Source: an uncultured bacterium
GTDB taxonomy: Bacteria; Fermentibacterota; Fermentibacteria; Fermentibacterales; JCC-6
DNA: 64,000 nt
Reading direction: 5' to 3'
NCBI GenBank assembly: GCA_964604135.1
Contig: CAZRXU010000001.1
Location: 16,535-80,534 of the forward strand
Notes under the pieces: generated by a model
What the model saw: the letters and a program-made list of their open reading frames with translations, nothing else
The model's database searches: none
Told to the model about the DNA's origin: nothing
Translations under genes and position numbers: made by a program
Shown here: piece after piece, positions 37,945-48,142 of the stretch
How positions within the stretch are numbered: position 1 is the first letter of the stretch
Layout: each line of letters opens with the position of its first letter

Positions 37945-39270
37945 ATGAAAATTGGTTTTATTGCAATGGCTGCTGTGATAGTTGTTCTGGTATCTTCCTG
38001 TGGTACAGCTGAACACATTAATGTTGTTTTGATTCTTACAGACACGGTAAGAGCGGATCATCTGAGCTGCTACGGCTACGAAAGAAGTACTTCACCTCAT
38101 ATTGACAGTCTTGCAGCTGCAGGAACCCTGTTCAAAAACTGTCAGGGACAGGCATCGTGGACTCTTCCCTGCATGGCAACAATCATGTCCGGCGTGGCTC
38201 CGGTTGTTCACGGTGCAGGTAGAAACAGTAGTGATTTACACGGGATCTCAACAGAGGTTCCATGGCTGCCGCTGGCTTTTCACCGTGAGGGATACAGAAC
38301 AGCAGCTTTTTTCAATGTGATCTTCATGAATGAAGATTTCAATTTCCACCGGGGTTTTCAGCATTTTGACTGCAGAGGTGTTTCAAGCGGAAACAGTCTT
38401 AGAAAAGCGGGCCCCACGGTGGATGATTTTATGGAATGGCTTGATACCGGTGATGCTAACAAGCCGTTTTTTGCTGCAGTACACTTCTACGACCCTCACA
38501 TTCCTTACAACGCTCCAGAACCTTACAGGTCTCTATACATAAATCCTGACTACAGCGGATATTACGGGGATTTGTGGGGTAGTGTTCCCGAAATGATGGA
38601 GGTGAATTCCGGTGAAGTTGTTCCGTCAGAAGCCGATCTTCAGAACCTCATAGCACTCTACGATGGGGAAATATCATACATGGATTCGGAAATCGGAAAG
38701 CTGCTTGCCGGGTTGCGGGTCAGAGGTTTTTCGGAAAACACCATTGTTTTGATTGTTGGAGATCACGGAGAAGAATTTTTCGATCACGGGGGCATAGAAC
38801 ACGGCCGAAACCTCTATCAGGAAACAACACATGTTCCACTGATAGCTGCAGGCCCCGGCTTTAACAGTGGGGGTGTGGTTACGCAGCGTGTTGCGCAGCT
38901 GGATATCGCGGGAACACTTGCAGAGGCAGTTGGCATTGAGTTCACAGTATGTGAACCATCACAGAACCTTCTTGAGGAAATGAATGCAGCAAGAGATATT
39001 CCTGCAAGCGGTGTTCTGTGGTACCAGCAAGGTGATCTGGTTTCAATTGTATCAGATAACAGCAAAATAATCTGGTCGGTGGAAGATGATTCAGTGGAAT
39101 CATTTAACCTTGCCACAGATCCGCTGGAGCGGGAAATACTTGAACCGGAAGAAAATCTGGTACGGGCAGCAGAGTATTATTGGGCAACACCCCCGGTAGG
39201 GGAGGCACCCCTGGTGAATTGCAGTGAAACTGCAGCCAGGGAACTGAGGAATCTGGGCTACATCAGATAG
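37945..39270 (+). CDS. Sulfatase-like (alkaline phosphatase superfamily) lipoprotein
   Basis: Lipobox VSSC; DTVRADHL, SWTLP, FYDPH, YDGEI, GDHGEEF..EHG. Confidence 0.85.
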   Translation: MKIGFIAMAAVIVVLVSSCGTAEHINVVLILTDTVRADHLSCYGYERSTSPHIDSLAAAGTLFKNCQGQASWTLPCMATIMSGVAPVVHGAGRNSSDLHGISTEVPWLPLAFHREGYRTAAFFNVIFMNEDFNFHRGFQHFDCRGVSSGNSLRKAGPTVDDFMEWLDTGDANKPFFAAVHFYDPHIPYNAPEPYRSLYINPDYSGYYGDLWGSVPEMMEVNSGEVVPSEADLQNLIALYDGEISYMDSEIGKLLAGLRVRGFSENTIVLIVGDHGEEFFDHGGIEHGRNLYQETTHVPLIAAGPGFNSGGVVTQRVAQLDIAGTLAEAVGIEFTVCEPSQNLLEEMNAARDIPASGVLWYQQGDLVSIVSDNSKIIWSVEDDSVESFNLATDPLEREILEPEENLVRAAEYYWATPPVGEAPLVNCSETAARELRNLGYIR

Positions 39271-39739
39271 AGGTAATAACCGCCGACTGGTTTTCAGTTA
39301 CAACCAGATATGAGCCTTCCGGCATGTCAGACAGGTTAACTGTGAGGTGTCCCTGATCATCTGCAGATGCCTGAATAATCAGTCGCCCGGCTTTGTCAAG
39401 AATCAGTACTTCCGACAAGGGTACAATTCCCGTTACTGCAACACTGTTCCCTGAAACTGGATTCTGAGAAAAAGATAGAGTTTGTGCCTGCGGATTGTCT
39501 TCTTCGATTCCGGTGTACCATTCTTTGTAGATAGCATTTCTGGGGCAGTAGTTAACACAGATACCGCAGCCGTCACACAACTCTGGGTCTATGTATGCAT
39601 CACCACCAGCCATTGATATTGCACCCTGGGGGCAGGATGACAGACAGTGACCGCAGCCGTTGCATTTAGCGTCGTTAACAACGAAGATCCATCTCATAGG
39701 TGCAAGCAGTACAAAGGCCAGGGCAATGATTTTAAGCAT
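39263..39739 (-). CDS. 2x[4Fe-4S] ferredoxin with signal-like N-terminus and T9SS/FlgD-like C-terminal domain
   Basis: CNGCGHCLSSCP and CDGCGICVNYCP; TGIEE..QNPV..ILDKAGRLI..VNLSDMPEGSYLV; AGGAG RBS. Confidence 0.8.
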   Translation of the reverse strand: MLKIIALAFVLLAPMRWIFVVNDAKCNGCGHCLSSCPQGAISMAGGDAYIDPELCDGCGICVNYCPRNAIYKEWYTGIEEDNPQAQTLSFSQNPVSGNSVAVTGIVPLSEVLILDKAGRLIIQASADDQGHLTVNLSDMPEGSYLVVTENQSAVITSI

Positions 39740-40235
39740 GTCTTTCTCCTGTAAGTCTTCTACGTTGGATTTCCCAGGCAATCATGGCTGCAGTGCTGGA
39801 TACATTGATACATCCTCGTACACCGGACTGGGGTATTACAACTTTCATCTGACACATATCAAGAACTTCCGATGAAATACCATTTGCTTCATTTCCCAGA
39901 ACAAAGGCGCAGTTAGGGGGAAAATCGGCAATGTGAAGCGGAACTGCATCGGGAGTGTTCTCGGCGGCAACAACAATTCTGTTTAATCGTATGTATTCCA
40001 CAGCTTCAGCGGCGCTGTTAAACCACCTCCATGGAACAATACCGTGAGTGCCTCTTGAAGTTCTGCCCACTTTTCTTCCACCGGGTCGTGCTGAAATCCC
40101 GGTTAGCACAACACCGGCTGGTGATACAGCTTCTGCGGTGCGGAAAACAGAGCCCACATTGAAGGCACTTCTCAGCGAATCAAGAACAAAAACGGGAAAA
40201 TTCTGTGTGAACATGGTTCCAATCCTGTTTTGCAT
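39732..40235 (-). CDS. SpoU/TrmH family RNA methyltransferase
   Basis: NVGSVFRTAE, VLGNEANGIS, IPQSG..INVS; start uncertain. Confidence 0.85.
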   Translation of the reverse strand: MQNRIGTMFTQNFPVFVLDSLRSAFNVGSVFRTAEAVSPAGVVLTGISARPGGRKVGRTSRGTHGIVPWRWFNSAAEAVEYIRLNRIVVAAENTPDAVPLHIADFPPNCAFVLGNEANGISSEVLDMCQMKVVIPQSGVRGCINVSSTAAMIAWEIQRRRLTGERHA

Positions 40236-40409
40236 GGCATCTGGAAAAATTACCCGGCAGAAATATACGAAATTACACACAGGTGCAAATGCCATTGACA
40301 ACAGCCGCTGCCGTGTTTAAATAAAGAACGGGAGGCGCATTACGATGTGTATAGTTGCAGTTATTGGCGGGTGTTTACTGCAGAGGTTTCAATACACGAA
40401 GGGTCTTCG

Positions 40410-40811
40410 ATGAACAAGGTTGTGGTTCGCACCCTCACTGGCGAGACTATCAAAGGATACACGGGAGATTTTTCCAGGCACAAGCCGTCATTCCTGCTTT
40501 CCAGTGATGACGGATCTGTGCGAATAAATCAGATTATTGTACTCAAGGAGCTGAAAGCTGTATTTTTCGTTAAGGCATTTGATGGCAATTTCCTGTACAA
40601 GAAGAAGCTGTATTTCGATGAAGACAGTTCATACGGAAAGAGAGTTGTTGTTAAATTCAAAGATGGGGAAGAGTTTATAGGCAGGGTGGAAACCATGCAT
40701 TCTGACCCTGAGGATTTCGGCTTCTTTATCTTTCCTCTGGACACGGACTCAAACACAATCAGAGCATTTTTCCTGAACGGATCTATCGAGAGTATACAGC
40801 CTTACAAGTAA
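40410..40811 (+). CDS. Hypothetical protein (DUF6982-like)
   Basis: KVVVR..GETIKGYT.DF, LKAVFFVK, VKFKDGE, GFFIFP.D..SN.IR.F. Confidence 0.65.
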   Translation: MNKVVVRTLTGETIKGYTGDFSRHKPSFLLSSDDGSVRINQIIVLKELKAVFFVKAFDGNFLYKKKLYFDEDSSYGKRVVVKFKDGEEFIGRVETMHSDPEDFGFFIFPLDTDSNTIRAFFLNGSIESIQPYK

Positions 40812-41562
40812 TAGCAAGATTTCCGGAGTAGCTCAAATTTCTACCGTCAAAGTCAATCTGAACTGCGTAGATCTTAACCCCAGCTGAAATCGCAGTGTCC
40901 AGTGCATCTGCAAATTCCGGATCTGTCAGCCTGTTTGCCGCAAAACAATCAACACCTCTTACAAACACCAGAAATACCACAGCGGTATTTTTACCAGCCA
41001 GTGTCATTTCTGTGAGTTCTTTAACATGTTTCACACCTCTTGATGTAGGTGCGTCTGGAAACAGTGCTTTTTTCCCGGATTTCAATGTGCAGCCCTTTGT
41101 TTCCACCCAGATATTGTCGTTAACGAGAAAGTCAAACCTGCTGCTTCCAGAAGGGGCTTTAACTTCTGCCTGCAGCTTTTTTGCGTGTTCCACTGGGGAG
41201 TGTGGTCCGGAAAGAAGAGCAGCGGCAATTCTGCGGTGGTATCCGGTGTTAACAAGTATCCACCCTGTAGGGTCTTTTGCTGCAACCAGAGACCACTTTG
41301 TTTTGCGTTCGGAGCCTTCAGGTGCGTGGATAATTAGAACTCTGTTACCTGTGTAAAGCAGTTCTTCAAGCCTGCCCGGATCGGCTACATGAGCCATTAC
41401 AGTTTTCCCCCCGGGCAGTTCAGCTTTCATTAGAAACCTGTTTGGTCTGCTGTTAAAAACCGCTGGAACACAGCCGGATACTGAAAACAGAAATCTTGTA
41501 TTTCTTGTTCGATGCAATTTACGTCCCCTGGGAATGCTGCTGGATACCGAAACTCTGTACAT
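40783..41562 (-). CDS. sfsA: DNA/RNA nuclease SfsA
   Basis: RPNRF, HVADPGRL.EL, SRFDF, VETKGCTL, FPDAPTSRGVKH; start uncertain. Confidence 0.9.
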   Translation of the reverse strand: MYRVSVSSSIPRGRKLHRTRNTRFLFSVSGCVPAVFNSRPNRFLMKAELPGGKTVMAHVADPGRLEELLYTGNRVLIIHAPEGSERKTKWSLVAAKDPTGWILVNTGYHRRIAAALLSGPHSPVEHAKKLQAEVKAPSGSSRFDFLVNDNIWVETKGCTLKSGKKALFPDAPTSRGVKHVKELTEMTLAGKNTAVVFLVFVRGVDCFAANRLTDPEFADALDTAISAGVKIYAVQIDFDGRNLSYSGNLAITCKAVYSR

Positions 41563-41602
41563 GAGTAAATTTCAGGGCAATCGCAAGCGTGCCGCATGCT
41601 GA

Positions 41603-41631
41603 TTGACTGCAAACAATATGGCATGTATAGT
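41603..41631 (+). promoter_or_regulatory. Sigma70-type promoter
   Basis: TTGACT-N17-TATAGT upstream of the lipoprotein gene. Confidence 0.6.
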
Positions 41632-41694
41632 GTACCGCTCGACAGCGCAGGGTTTTAGCAAGAGTATTACAATATTCATCAAGAGGGAGATGCA

Positions 41695-42309
41695 ATGGTT
41701 ACAAGAATCTTTTTTGCAGTTGCAATAGCAGCGGTACTGTTTTTAGGCTGCGGAAGTGAAACACCGGGGGAAGACGCTATTGAAGCAGTAGACAGTGTTG
41801 CTGTGGAGCAGGATGTATTTATGGAGGAACCTATTCCTGTTGAAGAGGTTCCACAGGTTGATGTTGCAGTTACCCTTGAGTCAACAAACGGTGCATACAC
41901 AGCTGTAGATACTATTGACTGGTCGGAAATACTTGCACAGCAGGTTCAGTTCTCCGAATTCACAGACAACAGTGTCTGCACCATCTTCATGGCCAATTTT
42001 GAAACCGAAGAAAATCTAAGAACCGTTGAGCTTCAGCCGGGGCAGGCCGTGGTTTACTTTACGCTCACACAGCCAGCTGCTGATGTACCTATGCCGGGTG
42101 TATACGACATCACAACTTCCGGCACAGAGTTTTCAGGCACAGCTTCAGTCAGAGTTGCCGGGGGATCAACTGTTACACTTTCCCAGTCGGCTACAACAGT
42201 TGGGGAGCTGGAAATTCTTGCAGTAACACCTGATTTCGTCACTGGAACTTTTAATATAGAAGAAAGATGGACAACAATGTCGGGAGCATTCCAGGCTTCC
42301 GTACAGTAG
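41695..42309 (+). CDS. Hypothetical lipoprotein
   Basis: Lipobox FLGC; acidic N-terminal linker; GGGAG RBS. Confidence 0.75.
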   Translation: MVTRIFFAVAIAAVLFLGCGSETPGEDAIEAVDSVAVEQDVFMEEPIPVEEVPQVDVAVTLESTNGAYTAVDTIDWSEILAQQVQFSEFTDNSVCTIFMANFETEENLRTVELQPGQAVVYFTLTQPAADVPMPGVYDITTSGTEFSGTASVRVAGGSTVTLSQSATTVGELEILAVTPDFVTGTFNIEERWTTMSGAFQASVQ

Positions 42310-42323
42310 GAAATCTGTTTTTC

Positions 42324-42348
42324 AGGCCCCGGCGATGCCGGGGCCTTT
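42324..42348 (+). terminator. Rho-independent terminator
   Basis: AGGCCCCGGC-GAT-GCCGGGGCCT followed by TT, just after the stop at 42309. Confidence 0.7.
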
Positions 42349-42390
42349 GTGCACCTTGAATAACAGCTTTCGCCGGGGGTTATTCCTGTT

Positions 42391-43542
42391 ATGGAACTTT
42401 CAAACCGGTTTGTTGCTGTTGCTTCGTTGCTGCTGGTTTTTGCTTTCATCACCCTGAAGCCGCCGACTGTAACCCGGGGTTCTTCCCACGGAGTATGGAG
42501 GGGAGAGCTTACAACGGTTACAGCAAAAGGTGGCATGATTAGAACAGGAACAGGGAACTACTGGGTTTCAAGCAGTCTGCTGGCAAAAGAAGTGTTGCGT
42601 GGAGACTCACTGCTTGTACTGGGGTACCGCAGTGGAATGTTCATCACCCCTTTTGGTATCAGATCGAAGTTGTCGGGCTCTTTTGTCTCCGGTATTCGCC
42701 GTAGTTATCAGCGCCAGCTTCAGGCTACCATTTCAGATTCCGTTGCCCGGGGTCTTACCGGAGGGTTGGTCATGGGGCTCAGGGGGATGATACCACCCAA
42801 AACAGCCAGTTTGTTCAAACAGTCGGGAACCTCGCATCTGCTGGCTCTGTCCGGGCTTCACACGGGAATTGTCGCATTGGTTCTTCTGTTTCTTGCGAAG
42901 CTTGTTTTCGGGAAAGGTTTTGTCTCCGGTTGGGCTGCAGTAACCGGGATAGTTGTTTTTACTGTTCTATCCGGGGGAAGGGCATCTACGGTACGGGCTG
43001 GAATAATGGCTTCTTCTGTGGTGCTGTGGCTCAGCTACCGTGGTGGAAAAGTGCACCTGCTTACACTGTGGTGGGTTGCGCTTGCTGTGTCTGTCATAAT
43101 CAAGCCAGGCATACTGTCAGACAGGGGGGCTCAGATGTCCTACGGGGCAGTTCTTTCGCTTATTTTATTCGGCGGCAACTTAAGGGGCAGGTTTTCGGTT
43201 GTTCTGGCTCCACTGTACGCCGGAGTTACAGTTACAGTGTGTCTCGCACCTCTTATAACTGCTGTTTACGGGGGTTTTTCATGGACAGGCCCTGTTGCCA
43301 CCGCGGTTTCGCTTCCATTCATGCTGGCCGTGATGGCGCTTGGTCTTTTGAGTTCAGCAGGAATTACTGTGGTCTGTGTTCTTTTGAACCCTGTCACTCA
43401 TCTGTGGATGAATACACTGGAGCTGTTTCAGTGTACACCGGTTACACTCTCTCCCGGTCTGATGTACCCAGTATGGGCATTCCTGCTTGTGTGTTTAAGG
43501 GTTATCTCCAGGTGGAACCGGTTCAACAGAAGGTTCAGATAA
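42391..43542 (+). CDS. comEC: ComEC/Rec2 competence membrane protein (no MBL domain)
   Basis: GTSHLLALSGLH, ASTVRAGIM, GAQMSY. Confidence 0.85.
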   Translation: MELSNRFVAVASLLLVFAFITLKPPTVTRGSSHGVWRGELTTVTAKGGMIRTGTGNYWVSSSLLAKEVLRGDSLLVLGYRSGMFITPFGIRSKLSGSFVSGIRRSYQRQLQATISDSVARGLTGGLVMGLRGMIPPKTASLFKQSGTSHLLALSGLHTGIVALVLLFLAKLVFGKGFVSGWAAVTGIVVFTVLSGGRASTVRAGIMASSVVLWLSYRGGKVHLLTLWWVALAVSVIIKPGILSDRGAQMSYGAVLSLILFGGNLRGRFSVVLAPLYAGVTVTVCLAPLITAVYGGFSWTGPVATAVSLPFMLAVMALGLLSSAGITVVCVLLNPVTHLWMNTLELFQCTPVTLSPGLMYPVWAFLLVCLRVISRWNRFNRRFR

Positions 43543-44454
43543 AAGTGTATCAGAAGGCAGGCTGTCTGCTTCAAAAGAAACTGAATCTTCAGGTGTTTCC
43601 TCGGCAGTTACAGTATCAACGACCATCACAACATCAACAGCGGGAAAAGAGTCTACCGCAGTGGTATAGGCCTCTACAGTGGTATCGGCTTCAACCACTT
43701 CCGGAAGGGAATCTTCCAAGGCTGTAGTTTCAGGTTCTTCAACCACCTCCGGAACGGTATCTACTGGAACGGGCGACGCAGATTCATCTCTTACAAATCT
43801 GATGAAAATTGAACCCACATTGTCTAGAGCCCCTTCAAGGTTATCAAGACCCACTGCCTCAAATTCTGCGCCAAGGGGCAGATCAATGGTCATCGTATCA
43901 CCGGGGAAAAGCGTCCACGCATCTCTCACATTACCGGGAAAATGCCCGATCAGTATTGTCAGGCCGTCGTAGTTCTGAAGGTTTTCGCCTTCGACTGCGA
44001 TTGTGTAGCTGCCTGCAGGCAGTGAGAGGAACCGGGATCTCTCAAGAATGGCAAGATGGTAAGCGCTGGACACTGTTATAGTGGGTGTTACCTCAAGAAT
44101 TACGGGAAGAAACCTAACTGTGTCTGTGGCTGATGGTGTTACCACAACAACTGTTACGCTGTCTATATATCCCGGGGATGCCTGCCATGTAACACTTCTG
44201 CCGTAAGCTTCTGACGAACCTGTGCTTGTGAACTCGCCTGAGCTGCAGGACCACACTGCCTGGGCACCGTCCGGTAGAATTGTAGAGAGATAGGCTGTTC
44301 CATCTCCCGAAGGATCGATGGACGCGAGAATTTGAACAGGATCGTTCAACTGCCCGAGACTTTCCTTAACCAGGTAGGTTAGAAGAAGAGCCACAGGAAG
44401 AAGAATCGGGAGAAGCACCGGAAGCAGCTGTTTGATTTTTCCTTTTCTTGCCAT
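43495..44454 (-). CDS. Hypothetical membrane-anchored protein with acidic low-complexity C-terminus
   Basis: N-terminal TM helix, beta-rich middle, D/E/T/V-rich tail. Confidence 0.6.
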   Translation of the reverse strand: MARKGKIKQLLPVLLPILLPVALLLTYLVKESLGQLNDPVQILASIDPSGDGTAYLSTILPDGAQAVWSCSSGEFTSTGSSEAYGRSVTWQASPGYIDSVTVVVVTPSATDTVRFLPVILEVTPTITVSSAYHLAILERSRFLSLPAGSYTIAVEGENLQNYDGLTILIGHFPGNVRDAWTLFPGDTMTIDLPLGAEFEAVGLDNLEGALDNVGSIFIRFVRDESASPVPVDTVPEVVEEPETTALEDSLPEVVEADTTVEAYTTAVDSFPAVDVVMVVDTVTAEETPEDSVSFEADSLPSDTLLSEPSVEPVPPGDNP

Positions 44455-44498
44455 AGTACGGGGAATATAGTTTCTCAAACACGGGAAAGGAAACAATC

Positions 44499-45521
44499 GT
44501 GCAGAACACAATGGAGTTTCTTATGCAGCTTCTCAGAACGAGGAGCGTTACAGGGAACACGGATATGGTACTTGAGATTGTAAAAAACCGCATGACTTCC
44601 CTGGGCCTTAAAGTTATAGTGACCAACAAAGGCTCCCTGATTGCATCTATGGAAGGGACAACAGACGATTCTGCTGTTATCAGTGCGCACCTGGATACTC
44701 TTGGAGCTGTAGTGTCAAAGATTGAGACTGGTGGAAAACTGAAGTACCATATCGTGGGTGGGTTTACTGCCAGCAGCATAGAGGGCGAATACTGCTCGGT
44801 TGAAACATTTTCAGGTAAGCTGATTCCCGGTACGATTCTTTATAAAAACACCTCGGTTCATGTACACGGCAGGGAAAAAAGCAGCGCGAAAAGATCACAC
44901 GAAGACATGTACATAAGGCTTGATGATAAAGCAGGTTCTTCTGAAGAGGTAATAAAGCTTGGTGTGAGCGTAGGAAACTACATACATTTTGAGCCAAGAG
45001 CTCAGCATCTGGACACAGGTTACGTAAAGAGCCGTCACATTGACGACAAAGCCGGAGTAGCTGTGCTTGTGGCAGCAGCAGAAAGACTTGTTAAAATGAA
45101 GGTAAAACCCCAGAGGAACATCCATTTCCTGTTTACAGTTCATGAGGAGGTTGGTCACGGTGCAGCAGGTTGGCTTCCGGAAAATGTTTCCGACTTTCTG
45201 GCTGTAGACATGGGTGTGTGCGGTGCAGACCAGACTTCAGATGAAAGAAAAGTAACCGTGTGCGCAGCAGACAGTTCCGGTCCGTACAACTATGAGCTCA
45301 CGAAACATCTCATCAACCTGTCGGAAATGAATGGTATTCCATATGTTGTGGATACTTTTCCGTTCTACGGGTCCGATGCCGGAGCTGCAATGAGAATGGG
45401 GCTTGATGCAAGGCACGCTCTCGTGGGGCCTGGTGTTGATACCTCACACTCAATTGAGAGAACACACGAAGAGGCAATCAAGGCAACAATCGATCTGGTA
45501 ACGATCTTTGCTATGGAGTAA
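44499..45521 (+). CDS. M42 family metallopeptidase
   Basis: SAHLDTLG, SRHIDDKAG, HEEVGHG, VDMG, YGSDA, SHSIERTH. Confidence 0.92.
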   Translation: MQNTMEFLMQLLRTRSVTGNTDMVLEIVKNRMTSLGLKVIVTNKGSLIASMEGTTDDSAVISAHLDTLGAVVSKIETGGKLKYHIVGGFTASSIEGEYCSVETFSGKLIPGTILYKNTSVHVHGREKSSAKRSHEDMYIRLDDKAGSSEEVIKLGVSVGNYIHFEPRAQHLDTGYVKSRHIDDKAGVAVLVAAAERLVKMKVKPQRNIHFLFTVHEEVGHGAAGWLPENVSDFLAVDMGVCGADQTSDERKVTVCAADSSGPYNYELTKHLINLSEMNGIPYVVDTFPFYGSDAGAAMRMGLDARHALVGPGVDTSHSIERTHEEAIKATIDLVTIFAME

Positions 45522-46056
45522 GAATCAGTCTGACGGCAGATATCACAGAGTCAGTTACATAATCGGGAAGGGGAAGGTTTTCTGTGGTTATCTTCTCGAG
45601 CTGAGTCTGTCCACGCCCGGAAAGAACCAGTACTGTTTTAAGACCAGCCCTTCTTCCAAGCTCCATATCACTTTCAGCGTCACCTATCATCCAACCACCG
45701 GAAGGCAGGTTAAGCTCGTGTCTGGCCTGGTTAATCATGCCAGTCTCGGGTTTTCTGCAACCACATTTTTCGTTGGGGCGGTGGGGGCAGTAGTAGATGG
45801 CTGCGTCGTTTACACCAGCTGCAGCAAAGGCACTTTGAAGCACATCATGGATAAGCTCAACATCTTCAGCAGTGTAGAGCCCTCTGCCTATACCCGACTG
45901 GTTTGTAACAACAATGATTCGGTGACCCGCCCTGTGAAGAGATGCAATGGCGGCTACAGCTCCGGGATATGGCCTCCACTCTGAGGGGCTTTTTACATAG
46001 TCGGCTCTGTTTTCGTTTATAACTCCGTCTCTGTCCAGAAAAATAGGAAGCTTCAT
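45511..46056 (-). CDS. gmhB: D-glycero-D-manno-heptose 1,7-bisphosphate phosphatase
   Basis: FLDRDGVIN, VTNQSG, CPH..CGCRKP, MIGD..SD. Confidence 0.9.
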   Translation of the reverse strand: MKLPIFLDRDGVINENRADYVKSPSEWRPYPGAVAAIASLHRAGHRIIVVTNQSGIGRGLYTAEDVELIHDVLQSAFAAAGVNDAAIYYCPHRPNEKCGCRKPETGMINQARHELNLPSGGWMIGDAESDMELGRRAGLKTVLVLSGRGQTQLEKITTENLPLPDYVTDSVISAVRLILTP

Positions 46057-46991
46057 CGGGAAACTCTGGTTCTGTGGTACTCAACAAGGTCTTTAAGACC
46101 TTCCTCAAAAGGGATTTCAGCTTTCCAGTTAAGGAGGGAGTTTGCTTTTGTCGGATCAAGAGCAACTTTCAGTATTTCCTCTGCAAGCGCCGGGCCGTAC
46201 GAAGGCTTAAGATCGGTGCCCACGTATCCCCGGATGATCCTGTCAAGCTCTTCCACAGAGCTTCCCTTTCCCCAGCCAATATTGAATATCTCTCCGTCAA
46301 TGTCTGAGCGCGATAGATCCATGGCAGCCTGATTTGCTTTGGCAATATCCTTCACATGAACGTAATCACGGAGCTGCTGACCGTCTCCATTGATAACGGG
46401 GGCTTCACCGCGAAGGTACTTCACGGTAAATATCGCTGTTACACCGGCCTCGCCGAATGGGTTCTGCCTGGGGCCGTAAACATTCGGGTATCTGAGTACT
46501 ACGTAGTTAAGTTTGTAGAGGTATCTGTACAGGAAGAGGTAGTGTTCCACCGTGTGCTTGCTTATTCCGTAGTGGCAGATGGGGTTTATCGGGTGGTCTT
46601 CCCTTACGGGGATGTACTGAGGTTCGCCGTATACTGCTCCGCCTGTTGATGCGTACACAACCCTCTTTACATTGCCTTTAATAGCGGCTTCAAGAATGTT
46701 CAGCGTTCCCTTGATGTTTACATCGGCGTCAAACTGGGGTTCTCTCACAGATCTGCGGACATCCATCTGAGCAGCATGATGGCACACAATATCGAAGCCG
46801 CCGTTTTCAATGAGCCCGGCAGCATCTTCCGACCTAACATCCAGCTCGTGAAGGGTGATACCGTCTGAAATATTGTCTTTGAACCCGGTGGACAGATCGT
46901 CGAGAACATGCACGGAATGACCGGCTTCCATAAGGGTGTCTGCGATGTTGGATCCGATAAAACCTGCTCCGCCTGTGATGAGAATTTTCAA
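46053..46991 (-). CDS. NAD-dependent epimerase/dehydratase (UDP-glucose 4-epimerase-like)
   Basis: ITGGAGFIGS, ASTGGAVYG, YGISK, RYPNVYGPRQ; GGAGG RBS before TTG 46991. Confidence 0.9.
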   Translation of the reverse strand: MKILITGGAGFIGSNIADTLMEAGHSVHVLDDLSTGFKDNISDGITLHELDVRSEDAAGLIENGGFDIVCHHAAQMDVRRSVREPQFDADVNIKGTLNILEAAIKGNVKRVVYASTGGAVYGEPQYIPVREDHPINPICHYGISKHTVEHYLFLYRYLYKLNYVVLRYPNVYGPRQNPFGEAGVTAIFTVKYLRGEAPVINGDGQQLRDYVHVKDIAKANQAAMDLSRSDIDGEIFNIGWGKGSSVEELDRIIRGYVGTDLKPSYGPALAEEILKVALDPTKANSLLNWKAEIPFEEGLKDLVEYHRTRVSR

Positions 46992-47107
46992 GTGTAAACC
47001 TCCGTGATTGGTTCTAAGCAATACTGCAATGGGCGAATATACCAAAGATAGACCTTGCATGTTGTTCCCTTTTATAATCACCACTACCGGCAGACAAGGA
47101 GGTTTTC

Positions 47108-48142
47108 ATGAGGGTTCTGGTTGTGTCCGGCGGAAGATCGGCCGAAAGGGAGATAAGTCTTCGATCCGCCAGGTGGGTGTTGGGAGAGCTCGAGGCGGCG
47201 GGGCACGTAGTTCTGGGGGTAACTATAAGCAGTGAAGGAATATGGACACCTGCTGAATCGTCTGGAAGCCTATCGATTGAGGCAGGCTGTTTTCCTTGGA
47301 AGCTGGTATCTAACGGGAAAGAAGTTGTTTTTGATGTGGTGTTTCCTGTTCTGCACGGTGTCTACGGTGAAGATGGTACTGTGCAGGGGATGTGTGCCAC
47401 TGCAGGATGGCCTTGTGCCGGTACTCCAGTTATGGGCTCTGCTGTTGCCATAGAGAAAAACACGCTGAAGAACCTGGCTTCAAAGGCGGGTATTCCAGTG
47501 GTTCCATGGGTGTTTATTGACGAAAGTACAGAACTTTCAGCTGAAGCATTGATAGACGATATTGCCGCTCTTGGCTTTCCACTGTTTGTAAAACCTTCCC
47601 GTCTTGGTTCAAGTGTTGGAGTGGGGAAGGCGGAAAACGCTGAAGAGCTGGCTAGAGCAATACAGCAGGCGTTAAACTACGACTCTATGATTCTTGTCGA
47701 AAAGGCGGTGGAATCTCCCAGAGAAATTGAAGTCAGCGTGATTGGTAACGGTGCTCAGGTATTCAGTTCTCTGCCGGGGGAGGTACTTCCAGAGAGAGAG
47801 TGGTACGATTACACGGCAAAGTATGTAAGCGGCGATTCAAAGCTGGCTGTTCCTGCTGATCTTTCCGATGCAGTGCAGCAGAATATCCGGATGATGGCCG
47901 TAAAGGTCTTTCGTCTGCTGGGCAGCCGGGGGTTTGCCAGGGTGGATTTTTTTGTAAATGAAAACGGTATCTGGCTTAATGAGGTAAACACTATTCCCGG
48001 TTTTACAAGTGTAAGCATGTTTCCCAAACTGTGGGCGGCAACCGGAATGAATTCTGAAAAGTTGCTAAGTTTTATTCTAGAGGAGGCTGTTTCAAGAGAT
48101 GAATACGGTTTGGGAAGGGAAAACGATGAACTGCAGTCTTGA
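47108..48142 (+). CDS. ddl: D-alanine--D-alanine ligase
   Basis: GGRSAEREIS, LHGVYGEDG, VKPSRLGSSVG, ARVDF, NEVNTIPGFT. Confidence 0.95.
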   Translation: MRVLVVSGGRSAEREISLRSARWVLGELEAAGHVVLGVTISSEGIWTPAESSGSLSIEAGCFPWKLVSNGKEVVFDVVFPVLHGVYGEDGTVQGMCATAGWPCAGTPVMGSAVAIEKNTLKNLASKAGIPVVPWVFIDESTELSAEALIDDIAALGFPLFVKPSRLGSSVGVGKAENAEELARAIQQALNYDSMILVEKAVESPREIEVSVIGNGAQVFSSLPGEVLPEREWYDYTAKYVSGDSKLAVPADLSDAVQQNIRMMAVKVFRLLGSRGFARVDFFVNENGIWLNEVNTIPGFTSVSMFPKLWAATGMNSEKLLSFILEEAVSRDEYGLGRENDELQS

